Source of the DNA: Candidatus Odinarchaeota archaeon
Lineage (GTDB): Archaea; Asgardarchaeota; Odinarchaeia; Odinarchaeales; Odinarchaeaceae
NCBI GenBank assembly: GCA_038826135.1
Contig: JAWBON010000059.1
Coordinates: 1-7,091 of the forward strand
Length of the DNA stretch: 7,091 nt
Direction: 5' to 3'
This document shows, in pieces, positions 1 through 6,068 of this stretch. Below the pieces are notes generated by a model. The model made no database searches. It saw only the letters and a program-made list of their open reading frames with translations, and was not told where the DNA came from. Both the position numbers and the translations under genes were made by a program. The stretch's first letter is position 1, and the number at the start of each line of letters is the position of its first letter.

Positions 1-1076
1 ACTATGTTCCCTTCAGGTTTAATATATAGTTTAACCTCGTATTGGCCTGCAGAGAGCGTTGGGTTGAAAACAGCTTTAAATATAATATCCTGCGGATTAC
101 TTGTATCGTTTCCTGTCGGTGTGAAATAAGTATAGTTATCGAAGAATACTCTTTTAAGATAACTGTTAGAGGGCTGGCTAACCCAGTACTCGTATCCTTC
201 CGCCATGTAGACGCCGCTGCTATTATAAATCATGTAAATATATACTGGCAGTGTTTGATTTTCAACATCTATACTCTTGAAAATATCTATTTTTAACTCG
301 ATTTTTTCCAAGTTTTTATCTGACAATATGTGCAGCCAGACTTCTTCACCCCAGCGGATCATATGTTCCGGTATTAGCTGCCCGCTGGGTGTTCTGATTT
401 CAAAGTCTACGTTGGCGATTTCCCCTATTATATAAGTAGTGTACTGCTGTCCTTGTAAAAGCGAGTAACCGGCTGATTCATAGCCGACATTATCTGTATC
501 ATAGACTTCCCACCGAATTTGGTATCGAGCGGATATTGTCGAAGAGTTAAACACTCCTCTGAAAGTTATATAATAGTTTTCGTCAGTTGACTCTATTCTA
601 GACTCGTCTTGGTCGAGTTCAAAGAACGGGGATAGATCCAGCCCGCCCTGGTATTCGAATGTAGCGTACTTCCAGCTTTTAGCTGTAAAGCCTTTCTGTG
701 AATCGTATGATAATTCAAGCTGGGCTGTTATATAATCAATCCATCCAGAGAATACAATACATGCTGTACCGATTGTTCCTGATCTTATCCCTGCTTTAGG
801 TACTATAATAGTTATATTAACCGGTTCATTTAATGATATGACTCCTGTTCCATCATCTGGCAGCGGTGAACCCTCTGAAAGAGTTATTTGTACTTTAGGT
901 AAAGGACCGAAAATAAAATTCGCTTCATACCAAGTTCTGTTAAACGAGTCAGAGCTGGTTTTATCATTCCATTTGACTTGAAGATACTCATTTTCCTGGG
1001 CGGATACGGCTGAAACGGATATGAATGTGAACGATACTAGAATTATTAGTATAGCTAGTGCTAACGGTTTCTTCAT
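1..1076 (-). CDS. Secreted/cell-surface beta-rich glycoprotein (S-layer-like or surface protein), partial; C-terminus lies beyond the left edge
   Basis: My translation gives an open frame of 358 codons from ATG at 1076 to the window edge with no stop: MKKPLALAILIILVSFTFISVSAVSAQENEYLQVKWNDKTSSDSFNRTWYEANFIFGPLP...GQYEVKLYIKPEGNI. Sec signal peptide (KK, hydrophobic core, VSA|Q). SD GGTGA (1086-1082) 5 nt upstream. Seven N-x-S/T sequons (NRT, NIT, NSS, NQT, NSS, NYT, NDT). Absent from the ORF track because it has no stop in the window. Confidence 0.88.
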   Translation of the reverse strand, partial: MKKPLALAILIILVSFTFISVSAVSAQENEYLQVKWNDKTSSDSFNRTWYEANFIFGPLPKVQITLSEGSPLPDDGTGVISLNEPVNITIIVPKAGIRSGTIGTACIVFSGWIDYITAQLELSYDSQKGFTAKSWKYATFEYQGGLDLSPFFELDQDESRIESTDENYYITFRGVFNSSTISARYQIRWEVYDTDNVGYESAGYSLLQGQQYTTYIIGEIANVDFEIRTPSGQLIPEHMIRWGEEVWLHILSDKNLEKIELKIDIFKSIDVENQTLPVYIYMIYNSSGVYMAEGYEYWVSQPSNSYLKRVFFDNYTYFTPTGNDTSNPQDIIFKAVFNPTLSAGQYEVKLYIKPEGNI

Positions 1077-1140
1077 TCAATTCACCATTTATTATGTAAT
1101 ACAACAACAAAAAAATTACTATTAAATATTAAAAATGCAA

Positions 1141-1155
1141 ATATAAATTTTACTC
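1141..1155 (-). promoter_or_regulatory. Candidate BRE-TATA promoter for the surface-protein gene
   Basis: Minus strand reads GAGTAAAA-TTTATAT (purine-rich BRE-like segment plus TATA-like box) about 65 nt upstream of ATG 1076. The AT-rich context makes chance matches likely. Confidence 0.3.
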
Positions 1156-1166
1156 TAAAATTAAAA

Positions 1167-1679
1167 TTATGTGAACATGCCGTATAAGTGAGCTAAACTC
1201 TTATACTTCAAACGGGCTAGTTCATCATCCAGCTTTTGTTGGAGAATCCGCTGCTTGTATGATAAATCCTCTAGTTTTCTGGGTGTTAATATTACCGGTC
1301 CGTGTATGATGTAATCTTCATCGAGGCGTTCTAAAGATAGAGGGGGGATACTCATCATTATTTTAGCTGTTTTTAAAGCTTTTGCAACGGGATCCTGTAT
1401 TTCAAGTATTTCCAGCGCTGTTCTTTCAGGTATCGGTCTTAACCCGAAGCTTAAATAGTTAGGGTGCTCTAACACAGAGCTGTCCTTTGTCCGCCCACCG
1501 ACACCTATAGTCTTGTAAGGGTTAATCATGTATTCTTTAATCATCCACAGGTTTTGATCGTGTTGGAAAACCCATTGTAAATTATGCTGGGAGTCTTTTG
1601 TAGCCCAGGCTTTCCAGCCTTCAGGGTCCTTATTATATTTTTTAGCTATCTCTTTTTTCACTCGCTCAGCAGTTCTCAT
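1167..1679 (-). CDS. Hypothetical soluble protein (170 aa), probably a conserved archaeal family of unknown function
   Basis: ATG start, TAA stop, no overlap with other real genes, protein-like composition. Motifs DPEGWKAW and NPYKTIGVGGR recall uncharacterised euryarchaeal proteins (from memory, unverified). Confidence 0.8.
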   Translation of the reverse strand: MRTAERVKKEIAKKYNKDPEGWKAWATKDSQHNLQWVFQHDQNLWMIKEYMINPYKTIGVGGRTKDSSVLEHPNYLSFGLRPIPERTALEILEIQDPVAKALKTAKIMMSIPPLSLERLDEDYIIHGPVILTPRKLEDLSYKQRILQQKLDDELARLKYKSLAHLYGMFT

Positions 1680-1813
1680 CTTACCATACCACTGTTTAAA
1701 ATGTTACAAGTAAATTAAAACTGTTTTAAAATTTGAGTTAATATTGATTATTTAATCTGATTAGAAATATTAACCGTATATATTTAACTGTAACGTATTT
1801 TAAGGGAGGGTTC

Positions 1814-1856
1814 GGCCCCCGGGTGGGCGGGAGTTGTTGTTTTTTGACCGGGGGCC
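1814..1856. other. GC-rich inverted repeat (9-bp perfect stem, 25-nt loop) within a G-tract cluster
   Basis: GGCCCCCGG (1814-1822) is the exact reverse complement of CCGGGGGCC (1848-1856). It lies in an otherwise very AT-rich intergenic region. Confidence 0.7.
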
Positions 1857-1934
1857 TAAAACTAGTATTTACAATATGTATTTAATACAAACCAGTATTT
1901 ATATTTTTCGTAGCAGTGCAACATAAATTACTGC

Positions 1935-2774
1935 TTAAAATACTATTAAAATCAATGCGATAACGTTGATGTAATAGCAAATTAGGCCAATCATGGCCGC
2001 GTATGATCTTGCTACTTTCTTGGCATATTGTATACCGCGGGTAAATGTTGAGAGAAACCATATCTGAGTTAGTATTAACCCACTCATTGTAACCGGGTTG
2101 TGAAGCGGGTCCGGAAAAGTTATAAACTGGTTTAGTATGGTGACTATGATTAAAAATATGATAAATGGCGTCATTGACAGCGCGGTGTTTATTATAAGTA
2201 ATCTTAAGTTTTTTGATGTATGCAATGCTATTCTTGAGAAAGCTTCTGTGAAAAGTGTTAATCCAAGCCATGTTATTAGAACTATAACTATTTTTAGTAA
2301 TGGTTCTAATGAAATCATATCTGAATAAAACAAACCGAAGTTAGCCAAGCCGCTCTGGATTGTAAGATAAGATAATAAGCCGATAACTATTAGGGCTTCA
2401 GGTAAAAAACGCAACGGATTCTCGGCAACATATTTATACATCGGGCTGAGACTCACCACATCAAATAATTTACTTGATTTACTCTTAGTTTTGAAACTGG
2501 ATTTAATCACAAAATCGCCGTCATGTATTAGACGGTAGGCGGCTTTACCGAGTGAAGTTAGCCTATATCTTTTCTCTTGGTCCTGTTCCACATATTCTTT
2601 AAGATAATCTATATGATGATACAGTGTTCCCGGTTCAAGATTAACTTCCTTGGATATTTCAGTATACGTGCTTGTGCCAGAGTCCCCTATTAACTGGATT
2701 ATCTTCCTTCGAATTTTATGTGATAGAATTTTATAGATTTTCTCATCTTCACTGCCTTTTTGTTCGCCTGTCAT
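1935..2774 (-). CDS. Membrane-bound transcriptional regulator: N-terminal ArsR-like winged HTH plus about 5 TM helices (possibly Yip1-like)
   Basis: KILSHKIRRKIIQLIG...TYTEISKEVNLEPGTLYHHIDYL...RYRLTSLGKAAY is a typical archaeal ArsR/HTH_20 wHTH. Five hydrophobic segments follow in the C-terminal half. ATG 2774 is preferred over the track's TTG 2783 because AGGT(TG) at 2786-2781 then serves as the SD. Confidence 0.85.
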   Translation of the reverse strand: MTGEQKGSEDEKIYKILSHKIRRKIIQLIGDSGTSTYTEISKEVNLEPGTLYHHIDYLKEYVEQDQEKRYRLTSLGKAAYRLIHDGDFVIKSSFKTKSKSSKLFDVVSLSPMYKYVAENPLRFLPEALIVIGLLSYLTIQSGLANFGLFYSDMISLEPLLKIVIVLITWLGLTLFTEAFSRIALHTSKNLRLLIINTALSMTPFIIFLIIVTILNQFITFPDPLHNPVTMSGLILTQIWFLSTFTRGIQYAKKVARSYAAMIGLICYYINVIALILIVF

Positions 2775-2804
2775 TTCAATCAACCTATAATCCGCATTTA
2801 CAAT

Positions 2805-2812
2805 AAAAAAAA
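2805..2812 (-). terminator. Oligo-T (T8) archaeal-type terminator candidate after the anchored surface-protein gene
   Basis: Minus strand reads TAA-ACTCCCCA-TTTTTTTT directly after the stop at 2820. Confidence 0.45.
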
Positions 2813-2819
2813 TGGGGAG

Positions 2820-3875
2820 TTAAATTTTTCCATTCTTTTTAAGGATTAGCAAACCCCCGACTACGGAGACAGCTATTACTCCTCCCAGTATCATAACCAA
2901 TGTTATGAAGAACGGTACAGTTGTTAATATGTTTTCGGTTACACCTATTGTCGGGTCATGGATTAGTGTTCCATTCCATTTAGGATAGCATAGGTACAGT
3001 TTTATACCTGAATCTGTTGTTGAGTAGGATGATGTCACGTTCAATGGACCGAGGTCATCCTGAGCTACATCAACGAATTTGAAGTACGCTAAGGTTGAGT
3101 TGTCTGTTCCTGTGAAGTTTAGCTGCTCTTGTATTTCAGCTGTGTTAATTATTTTCTGCTCCTCTCCTTGATTTATTATTGTTCCCACATCTACACTGTT
3201 ACCTCCAGGTAAGCCTATTCTGAGCTGTGCTTCAGCACCTGTCTGCCATGTGAGATCAAGCCGTAGAGCTAGCATAGTGGCTGGATCGCTGGTCTGCCAG
3301 TCCCATCCGCTCATTATTATATCTACTTTTACTTCATATAAGCCGTGGACAGTAGTGTTTTCCCCATTAACTGTGATTTGTTGATCTATACTATATATGT
3401 GGACTGTCAAGATCATTGTAAAATCTGATAGATTCAACCCGCCTACTGGTATTTTACTGGAGTCTAAGGTGAAATTGCAGCTTACACCATACTCCTCTTC
3501 AACGAATCCGCTGAAATTCCATTGAGAGGAGGCGAAGGAGAATACAGGGTTTCCTGTAGCGGTTTCATTATATTGGAAAACTTGGTCCCCGTTTTCATCT
3601 ATGAACTCTACTAACTGTATAAATTTAAGATGATATATGGTGTTGTTGTCATCCGGGTTCCAGAAGATAATATGGGGCATGTTATCTGAACCGGTACCAG
3701 ACAAGCCTGTGACTCTGACAGTTATTTTATCTGTTTGAAGTGTAAGCTGGCCGCTCTGGTAACTATAAGATATAGGTGAAGGCTGCGCTAATGTGTTGGC
3801 TATAATGGGGGAGACCGTTAATAACGCCATGATGAGAAATCCTAAAACCATAATATTTCTGGTTGTTTTTTTCAT
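2820..3875 (-). CDS. Type I membrane-anchored surface glycoprotein (signal peptide, beta-rich ectodomain, C-terminal TM helix and short basic tail)
   Basis: MKKTTRNIMVLGFLIMALLTVSPIIANTLA signal peptide. GGTGA (3885-3881) lies 5 nt before ATG 3875, so the start is 3875 rather than the track's 3887. Ten N-x-S/T sequons. C-terminal FFITLVMILGGVIAVSVVGGLLIL-KKNGKI anchor. Confidence 0.9.
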   Translation of the reverse strand: MKKTTRNIMVLGFLIMALLTVSPIIANTLAQPSPISYSYQSGQLTLQTDKITVRVTGLSGTGSDNMPHIIFWNPDDNNTIYHLKFIQLVEFIDENGDQVFQYNETATGNPVFSFASSQWNFSGFVEEEYGVSCNFTLDSSKIPVGGLNLSDFTMILTVHIYSIDQQITVNGENTTVHGLYEVKVDIIMSGWDWQTSDPATMLALRLDLTWQTGAEAQLRIGLPGGNSVDVGTIINQGEEQKIINTAEIQEQLNFTGTDNSTLAYFKFVDVAQDDLGPLNVTSSYSTTDSGIKLYLCYPKWNGTLIHDPTIGVTENILTTVPFFITLVMILGGVIAVSVVGGLLILKKNGKI

Positions 3876-3917
3876 TTTGATCACCATATTTATTTTTACG
3901 ATTATTTTAATAATTAA

Positions 3918-3935
3918 GACTATTTATAAATGTTC
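3918..3935. promoter_or_regulatory. TATA box (TTTATAAA 3923-3930) embedded in an 18-bp imperfect palindrome; candidate promoter/operator
   Basis: GActATTTATAAATgtTC: a 10-bp perfect palindromic core plus outer GA/TC pairs, about 45-55 nt upstream of ATG 3875. A second TATTTATA copy occurs at 3943-3950. Confidence 0.45.
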
Positions 3936-4264
3936 AGTTCGATATTTATAGAAATCCAACTTCGAGAAAAACCGAACTAAGTAAAAAAGGAGTCAACTAA
4001 CAACTTCATATTTCACCAACACTGCAAAACTCACCGAAAAACAATAGTAAAATTATAGCATTTACTATAAACCCCACCTACTCATACTACATCTTAATTC
4101 ATCAGTTAGCTCATCGCTCTCAGAATTTCAACTAATAAGTATTTTTTACATTAATTAAACTAAAATTTGCTTTGAATTAATCCTAATGCAATAAGCTTTA
4201 ACTTAACATGAAATCTATTAATATTATAGGAGCATATGAATAAGAATAAGAAAGGTGAGATTTT

Positions 4265-4558
4265 ATGGGTGGTATAATGGAATTTAAAAAAATAATTTCA
4301 CAGCATAGAAAAGAGTTAGAGAATAGATTTAACGTGGAAAAAATTGGTTTATTCGGCTCTTATGTTAGAGGGGAAGAAAGTGAAGAAAGCGATTTAGATA
4401 TTTTAGTTGAATTTAAAGAACCTATAAGTTTATTTGAATTCATGGAGTTAGAAGAATACTTGGAAGAGATTCTTAAAATTAAAGTTGATGTTGTTTCAAA
4501 AAAAGGTTTAAACCCCTATATCGGGGAGCAAATACTTAATGAGGTAGTTTATGTATGA
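4265..4558 (+). CDS. mntA: Minimal nucleotidyltransferase (MNT) antitoxin, MntA family
   Basis: GLFGSYVRGEESEESDLDILVEF matches the GS-X10-DXD catalytic motif; C-terminal KVDVV. SD GGTGA at 4254-4258. Stop overlaps the next start (ATGA, 4555-4558). Confidence 0.93.
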   Translation: MGGIMEFKKIISQHRKELENRFNVEKIGLFGSYVRGEESEESDLDILVEFKEPISLFEFMELEEYLEEILKIKVDVVSKKGLNPYIGEQILNEVVYV

Positions 4559-4905
4559 AAAAACGTGATTACAAAAACTATCTCAAAGATATTATAATGA
4601 ACATAGAAGATATTGAAGGTTTCATAATAAATATGGATATGGAGGAATTTAAAAAAGATAAGAGAACCAGTAATGCGGTTATTAGAAGCTTGGAGGTAAT
4701 AGGGGAGGCGGCTAAGAAAATACCCCAAGAAATAACTAGTCAATATCCTCAAATACCTTGGAATAAAATTACTGGTATGAGAGATAGATTGATACACGAG
4801 TATTTCGGAGTTGACTTGGAAATAGTATGGAAGACTGTGAAATCTGATTTGCCAGCCCTTAAAATCTTGCTAGAGAATTTACTTAAAAATGATCTAAATT
4901 TATAG
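4555..4905 (+). CDS. hepT: HepT-like HEPN ribonuclease toxin (DUF86 family)
   Basis: AVIRSLEVIGEAAKKIP...IPWNKITGMRDRLIHEYFGVDLEIVW, containing the RX4HXY motif (RDRLIHEY, 4780-4803). Coupled to the MNT gene by a 4-nt overlap. Confidence 0.93.
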   Translation: MKKRDYKNYLKDIIMNIEDIEGFIINMDMEEFKKDKRTSNAVIRSLEVIGEAAKKIPQEITSQYPQIPWNKITGMRDRLIHEYFGVDLEIVWKTVKSDLPALKILLENLLKNDLNL

Positions 4906-4928
4906 TTTTTCTTAACGTTATATTTTTT
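4906..4928 (+). terminator. T-rich terminator candidate after hepT
   Basis: TTTTTCTT immediately after the TAG stop, and a T6 run at 4923-4928. Confidence 0.4.
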
Positions 4929-4944
4929 AAATATTGAATTCTGA

Positions 4945-5256
4945 AAAAACAAAAATGGAAAGTTAGGGTTTAATTATTTCAGGCAGTATACAGCTGGAGC
5001 AGCTATTATCACAGCGTCAATCGAAAAACAGTATGCTATAATTCGAAGACTATTAATTACAGGCGGGATTGTTAAAAATCTAAGAGATGAAATAAAAAAT
5101 TTACCCCTAACATTCTATAAAGGTAAATCCGGTATGAGGGATGTACTAGTGCATGAATATTTCGGCATAGATACTGAGCTCATCTTGAATGTGATAACAC
5201 GTGATTTACCGATTTTTAAAGAACATGTTTTAAAACTATATTCTGGTTTTACTTAA
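4945..5256 (+). pseudogene. Degenerate second HepT/DUF86 copy lacking its N-terminus and start codon
   Basis: Frame open from 4945 to TAA 5254-5256: ...EKQYAIIRRLLITGGIVKNLRDEIKNLPLTFYKGKSGMRDVLVHEYFGIDTELILNVITRDLPIFKEHVLKLYSGFT*. It aligns with the upstream HepT (AVIRSLEVIGEAAKKIP...GMRDRLIHEYFGVD). The conserved IGE and IPW motifs are eroded, and there is no in-frame ATG/GTG/TTG before ATG 5134. Confidence 0.78.
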
Positions 5257-5923
5257 TCCAGATCAGGCGGCTGTCATCCATTATATAGAAGCATTTGCAA
5301 CCGTATTCATGAGCTAACCCGTAGAAGGCCATCGCTGTAAACCGGCTGCCACAGGTTACATCAAAAACGATCTCATTTTTACGCAGATATTTCTCCACCT
5401 CCACTCGAACCGCTTCATACACGCCGTCGAAACTGTAGTTAATAATCCGATCCGGTAAAACCATTATTTGAACATCCTCTGTCAAACCTGAAACCTTGCC
5501 CTTCACAGACTCCGTTCCCAGAAACATATAATTTACCGGTTTAACCCTACTGTTATCTAAAAGAACCTGCCGAATCCTTCTAATAACGTAAGGATCCTCC
5601 TCTAAGGCCCCCATATACATCACAGGCGCTTTAATCCCAAGGTAATCCCGAACAGGCTGAACCATTTGAGGAATGATCTCAGCGAACTTATCCTTCCACT
5701 CCCTTCTACGACGGATAAGACCGGCCTCCTCCAGCTGACTGATATTATGATAAAGCCTAGCATCACTAACCTCATCCAATCCAACCCCGAAACTCTTAGC
5801 CAGCGCGTACCTTAACTGTAAACCAGTCTTCTCCCCCTCTAAGAGCTCCTCTAAAAGAACCCGACGGCTCTCAACCCCACCGATAGCCCGCTCTATAACC
5901 TCAACAGCACTCAACGCAAACAC
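5249..5923 (-). CDS. Transcriptional regulator: N-terminal PadR-like winged HTH plus C-terminal CARF-like (Rossmann) domain
   Basis: wHTH: RRVLLEELLEGEKTGLQLRYAL...SDARLYHNISQLEEAGLI. CARF-like: b1 VMYMGAL, b2 KPVNYMFLGT, helix SFDGVYEAVRVEV, signature IVFDVTCGSRFTAMAF (5342-5362; compare the CARF D-[LIV]-T-x-G-x-[KR] motif, Csa3 DLTMGMR), then CFYI. Start is GTG 5923, or TTG 5914 preceded by GGGTG. Confidence 0.82.
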   Translation of the reverse strand: MFALSAVEVIERAIGGVESRRVLLEELLEGEKTGLQLRYALAKSFGVGLDEVSDARLYHNISQLEEAGLIRRRREWKDKFAEIIPQMVQPVRDYLGIKAPVMYMGALEEDPYVIRRIRQVLLDNSRVKPVNYMFLGTESVKGKVSGLTEDVQIMVLPDRIINYSFDGVYEAVRVEVEKYLRKNEIVFDVTCGSRFTAMAFYGLAHEYGCKCFYIMDDSRLIWIK

Positions 5924-5933
5924 CCATTACAAG

Positions 5934-5958
5934 TCAACTACATATACAATATAGTCGA
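5934..5958. promoter_or_regulatory. Imperfect 25-bp palindrome just upstream of the wHTH-CARF gene; candidate autoregulatory operator
   Basis: TCaACTAcATatacaATaTAGTcGA: pairs TC/GA, ACTA/TAGT and AT/AT are symmetric. Confidence 0.35.
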
Positions 5959-5980
5959 TATCACTTATAATATTTATCCA

Positions 5981-5997
5981 AAAAAATCCTTAAATAA
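5981..5997 (+). promoter_or_regulatory. Candidate BRE-TATA promoter for actin
   Basis: AAAAAATCC-TTAAATAA about 100 nt upstream of ATG 6096. Confidence 0.35.
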
Positions 5998-6020
5998 TAA
6001 TTTTTCGCAAATATTATGTA

Positions 6021-6068
6021 GCTAAATTACGAAAAAAATAAATTTAGCCCGCGGAGGTTAAAAACCTC
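6021..6068. promoter_or_regulatory. Two tandem perfect inverted repeats in the actin promoter/leader
   Basis: GCTAAATT-N12-AATTTAGC (6021-6048) and GAGGTT-AAA-AACCTC (6054-6068). Confidence 0.5.

Noticed and set aside
42-296. 84-aa plus-strand ORF from the track
   Set aside because: Antisense shadow inside the long signal-peptide-bearing minus-strand CDS; no SD and no recognisable protein features.
1814-1856. Hairpin as a SECIS element, tRNA or CRISPR repeat
   Set aside because: No in-frame TGA in the neighbouring CDSs, no recognisable SECIS core, no cloverleaf, and no repeat-spacer periodicity.
1882-2328. ORFs 1882..2271 (-) and 2137..2328 (+)
   Set aside because: Both overlap the well-supported wHTH-TM gene (alternate frame or antisense); no motifs.
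3960-4140. A/C-rich intergenic stretch with a minus-strand MKLLVDSFFT* fragment reminiscent of a PIN/VapC start
   Set aside because: Only 10 codons with no downstream PIN similarity; cannot be supported as a pseudogene.
4208-4277. Mini-ORFs upstream of mntA (MKSINIIGAYE*, and MNKNKKGEILWVV* whose TAA overlaps ATG 4277)
   Set aside because: Very short and expected by chance in AT-rich DNA; the SD spacing is only 3 nt. ATG 4265 already has a well-spaced GGTGA and gives a normal MntA length.
4549-4952. Minus-strand ORFs 4549..4797 and 4749..4952
   Set aside because: Antisense to hepT; low-complexity F/I/Y-rich translations typical of shadow frames in AT-rich DNA.
5901-5927. Out-of-frame minus-strand 8-codon ORF MGVCVECC* overlapping the CARF gene start
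   Set aside because: Too short, no SD, and Cys/Val richness is expected from the local G/T skew.
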